Assembly (NCBI GenBank): GCA_043228905.1
Contig: JBHGNT010000017.1
Span: 8,990,001-9,054,000 of the forward strand
DNA: 64,000 nucleotides
Origin: Azolla caroliniana
Lineage: Eukaryota > Plantae > Polypodiophyta
Direction of reading: 5' to 3'
Below are positions 62,701-64,000 of this stretch, piece after piece (within the stretch, counting starts at the first letter, position 1; each line of letters opens with the position of its first letter). The notes beneath the pieces were generated by a model that worked only from the letters and a program-made list of their open reading frames with translations, was not told the DNA's origin and did not search any database. Made by a program: the position numbers and the translations under genes.

Positions 62701-64000
62701 TCCTCTTGTACGTGGATGACATGTTGATCGTCGAACGTGACCAAGTCAAAATACGGATGCTGAAGAAGGCTCTCAACCGGACCTTCTCAATGAAAGACTT
62801 GGGTCCGGCAAGACAGATGTTGGGGATGCATATCATTCGGGACCAGTAAAGAAGCAATTGTGGCTGTCACAGGAGAAGTACGTGACAAAGGTGCTTCACC
62901 GGTTCAACATGTCAGAAGCGAAACTGGTCGGATCGACACTTCCGGCAAACTGCAAGCTATCCGGTAAGCAGAGCCCGAAGACGAAAGCAGAGAAGGCGGA
63001 TATGATGAAGATTCCATATGCCTCTACCGTCGGGAGCTTGATGTATGCAATGGTGTGTACCCAACCGGATATAGGATACGCAGTCGGAGTGGTGAGCCGG
63101 TTCATGAGCAATCCCGGCAAGGAGCACTGGAACGCGGTCAAATGGATACTCCGGTATTTGAAGGGCACTTCAAACATGTGTCTCTGATTCGGCTCCGGGA
63201 AACCTCAACTTAACAGTTTTACCGATTCGGACATGTCGGCTGATGTGGATTCTAGCCGGCCTACATCCAGGTATGTAATGAGATATGCAAGGGGAGCTGT
63301 TTCGTGGTAATCGAGGCTGCAGAAGACGGTTGCATTGTCAACCATAGAGGCGGAGTACATGGCGGCTGTGGAAGCCGGCAAGGAAATATTATGGATGAAG
63401 GACTTCATCGGAGAGCTCGGTATCCGGCAAGAGGAATACCGACTCTATTGCGACAATCAAAGTGCCATCCACCTTGCTAAGAATGCGGCCTACCATTCTC
63501 GGACGAAGCATATCCAGCGAAGATATCACTGGATCCGGGAAAGAGTAGATGACCAGGAGTTCGCACTGACGAAGATCCACACGGCCGAGAACGGGTCAAA
63601 TATGCTGACCGAAGTGCTGACACCCGACAAGCTGAACGCATGCCGGAAGAGGATCGGACTGGTAAGACACCCCATGCCGGAGTGAAGGGGGAGTTTTTTG
63701 GGAGACAGGTCCCTCCGGATGGTGCAGACCCGGTATGAACTGGATGAGGAGTACTCGGCTATGGAGAGTCGTATGGTGCAGACCCGGTATGAACCGGATG
63801 AGGAGTACCCGGCTACGGAGAGCCAGATGGTGCAGACCCGGTATAAACCGTCTTCAAAGAGCTCCACGCGAGAGTGGAAAGAGAAATCGGCCGGAAGCTG
63901 AAGGCGGTTCGAGCAGATAACAGAGGTGAATACCGGGGGCAGTTCGAGGAGTATTGTCGCTCGAAGGGAATCTGGCTCGAATTTACCGTGCCGAAGACGC
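59378..64000 (+). mobile_element. Copia family A copy A5: chimeric LTR 59378-59715, PBS 59718-59729, near-complete gag-pol to 63685, PPT, chimeric 3' LTR from 63696 running off the window
   Basis: 309-, 272- and 280-aa ORFs with gag, PR, INT and RT motifs; LTRs carry 54-bp-type repeats fused to integrase-derived sequence. Confidence 0.9.

Overview
This is eukaryotic DNA, almost certainly plant (a bryophyte is my guess from the element types). It consists essentially of nested, mostly decayed LTR retrotransposons, and I found no host gene. Three Ty1/copia families are present. Family A is Tnt1/Tork-like with an iMet PBS, about 6 copies, some with 54-bp tandem repeats in the LTR. Family B (about 7 pieces) has a long in-frame extension after RNase H. 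Family D is one very young full-length copy at 14529-20096 with a perfect 5-bp TSD. Two Ty3/gypsy groups are present: G1, a non-chromovirus-like fragment, and a tRNA-Trp-primed group with one full-length copy (44616-51555), one partial copy and several solo or truncated LTRs. The Trp-primed group is the most interesting. It makes 4-bp TSDs centred on CG, carries antisense tRNA-like Pol III A/B-box cassettes in U3 of three diverged LTR types, has RY-rich promoters, and shows a -1 frameshift site between protease and RT. Also notable are the ~245-aa post-RNase H extension of family B between two PPT-like motifs, and chimeric LTRs containing integrase sequence plus a 109-bp inverted repeat near 59.2-59.7 kb. 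Coordinates were counted by hand, and lineage names are inferences.
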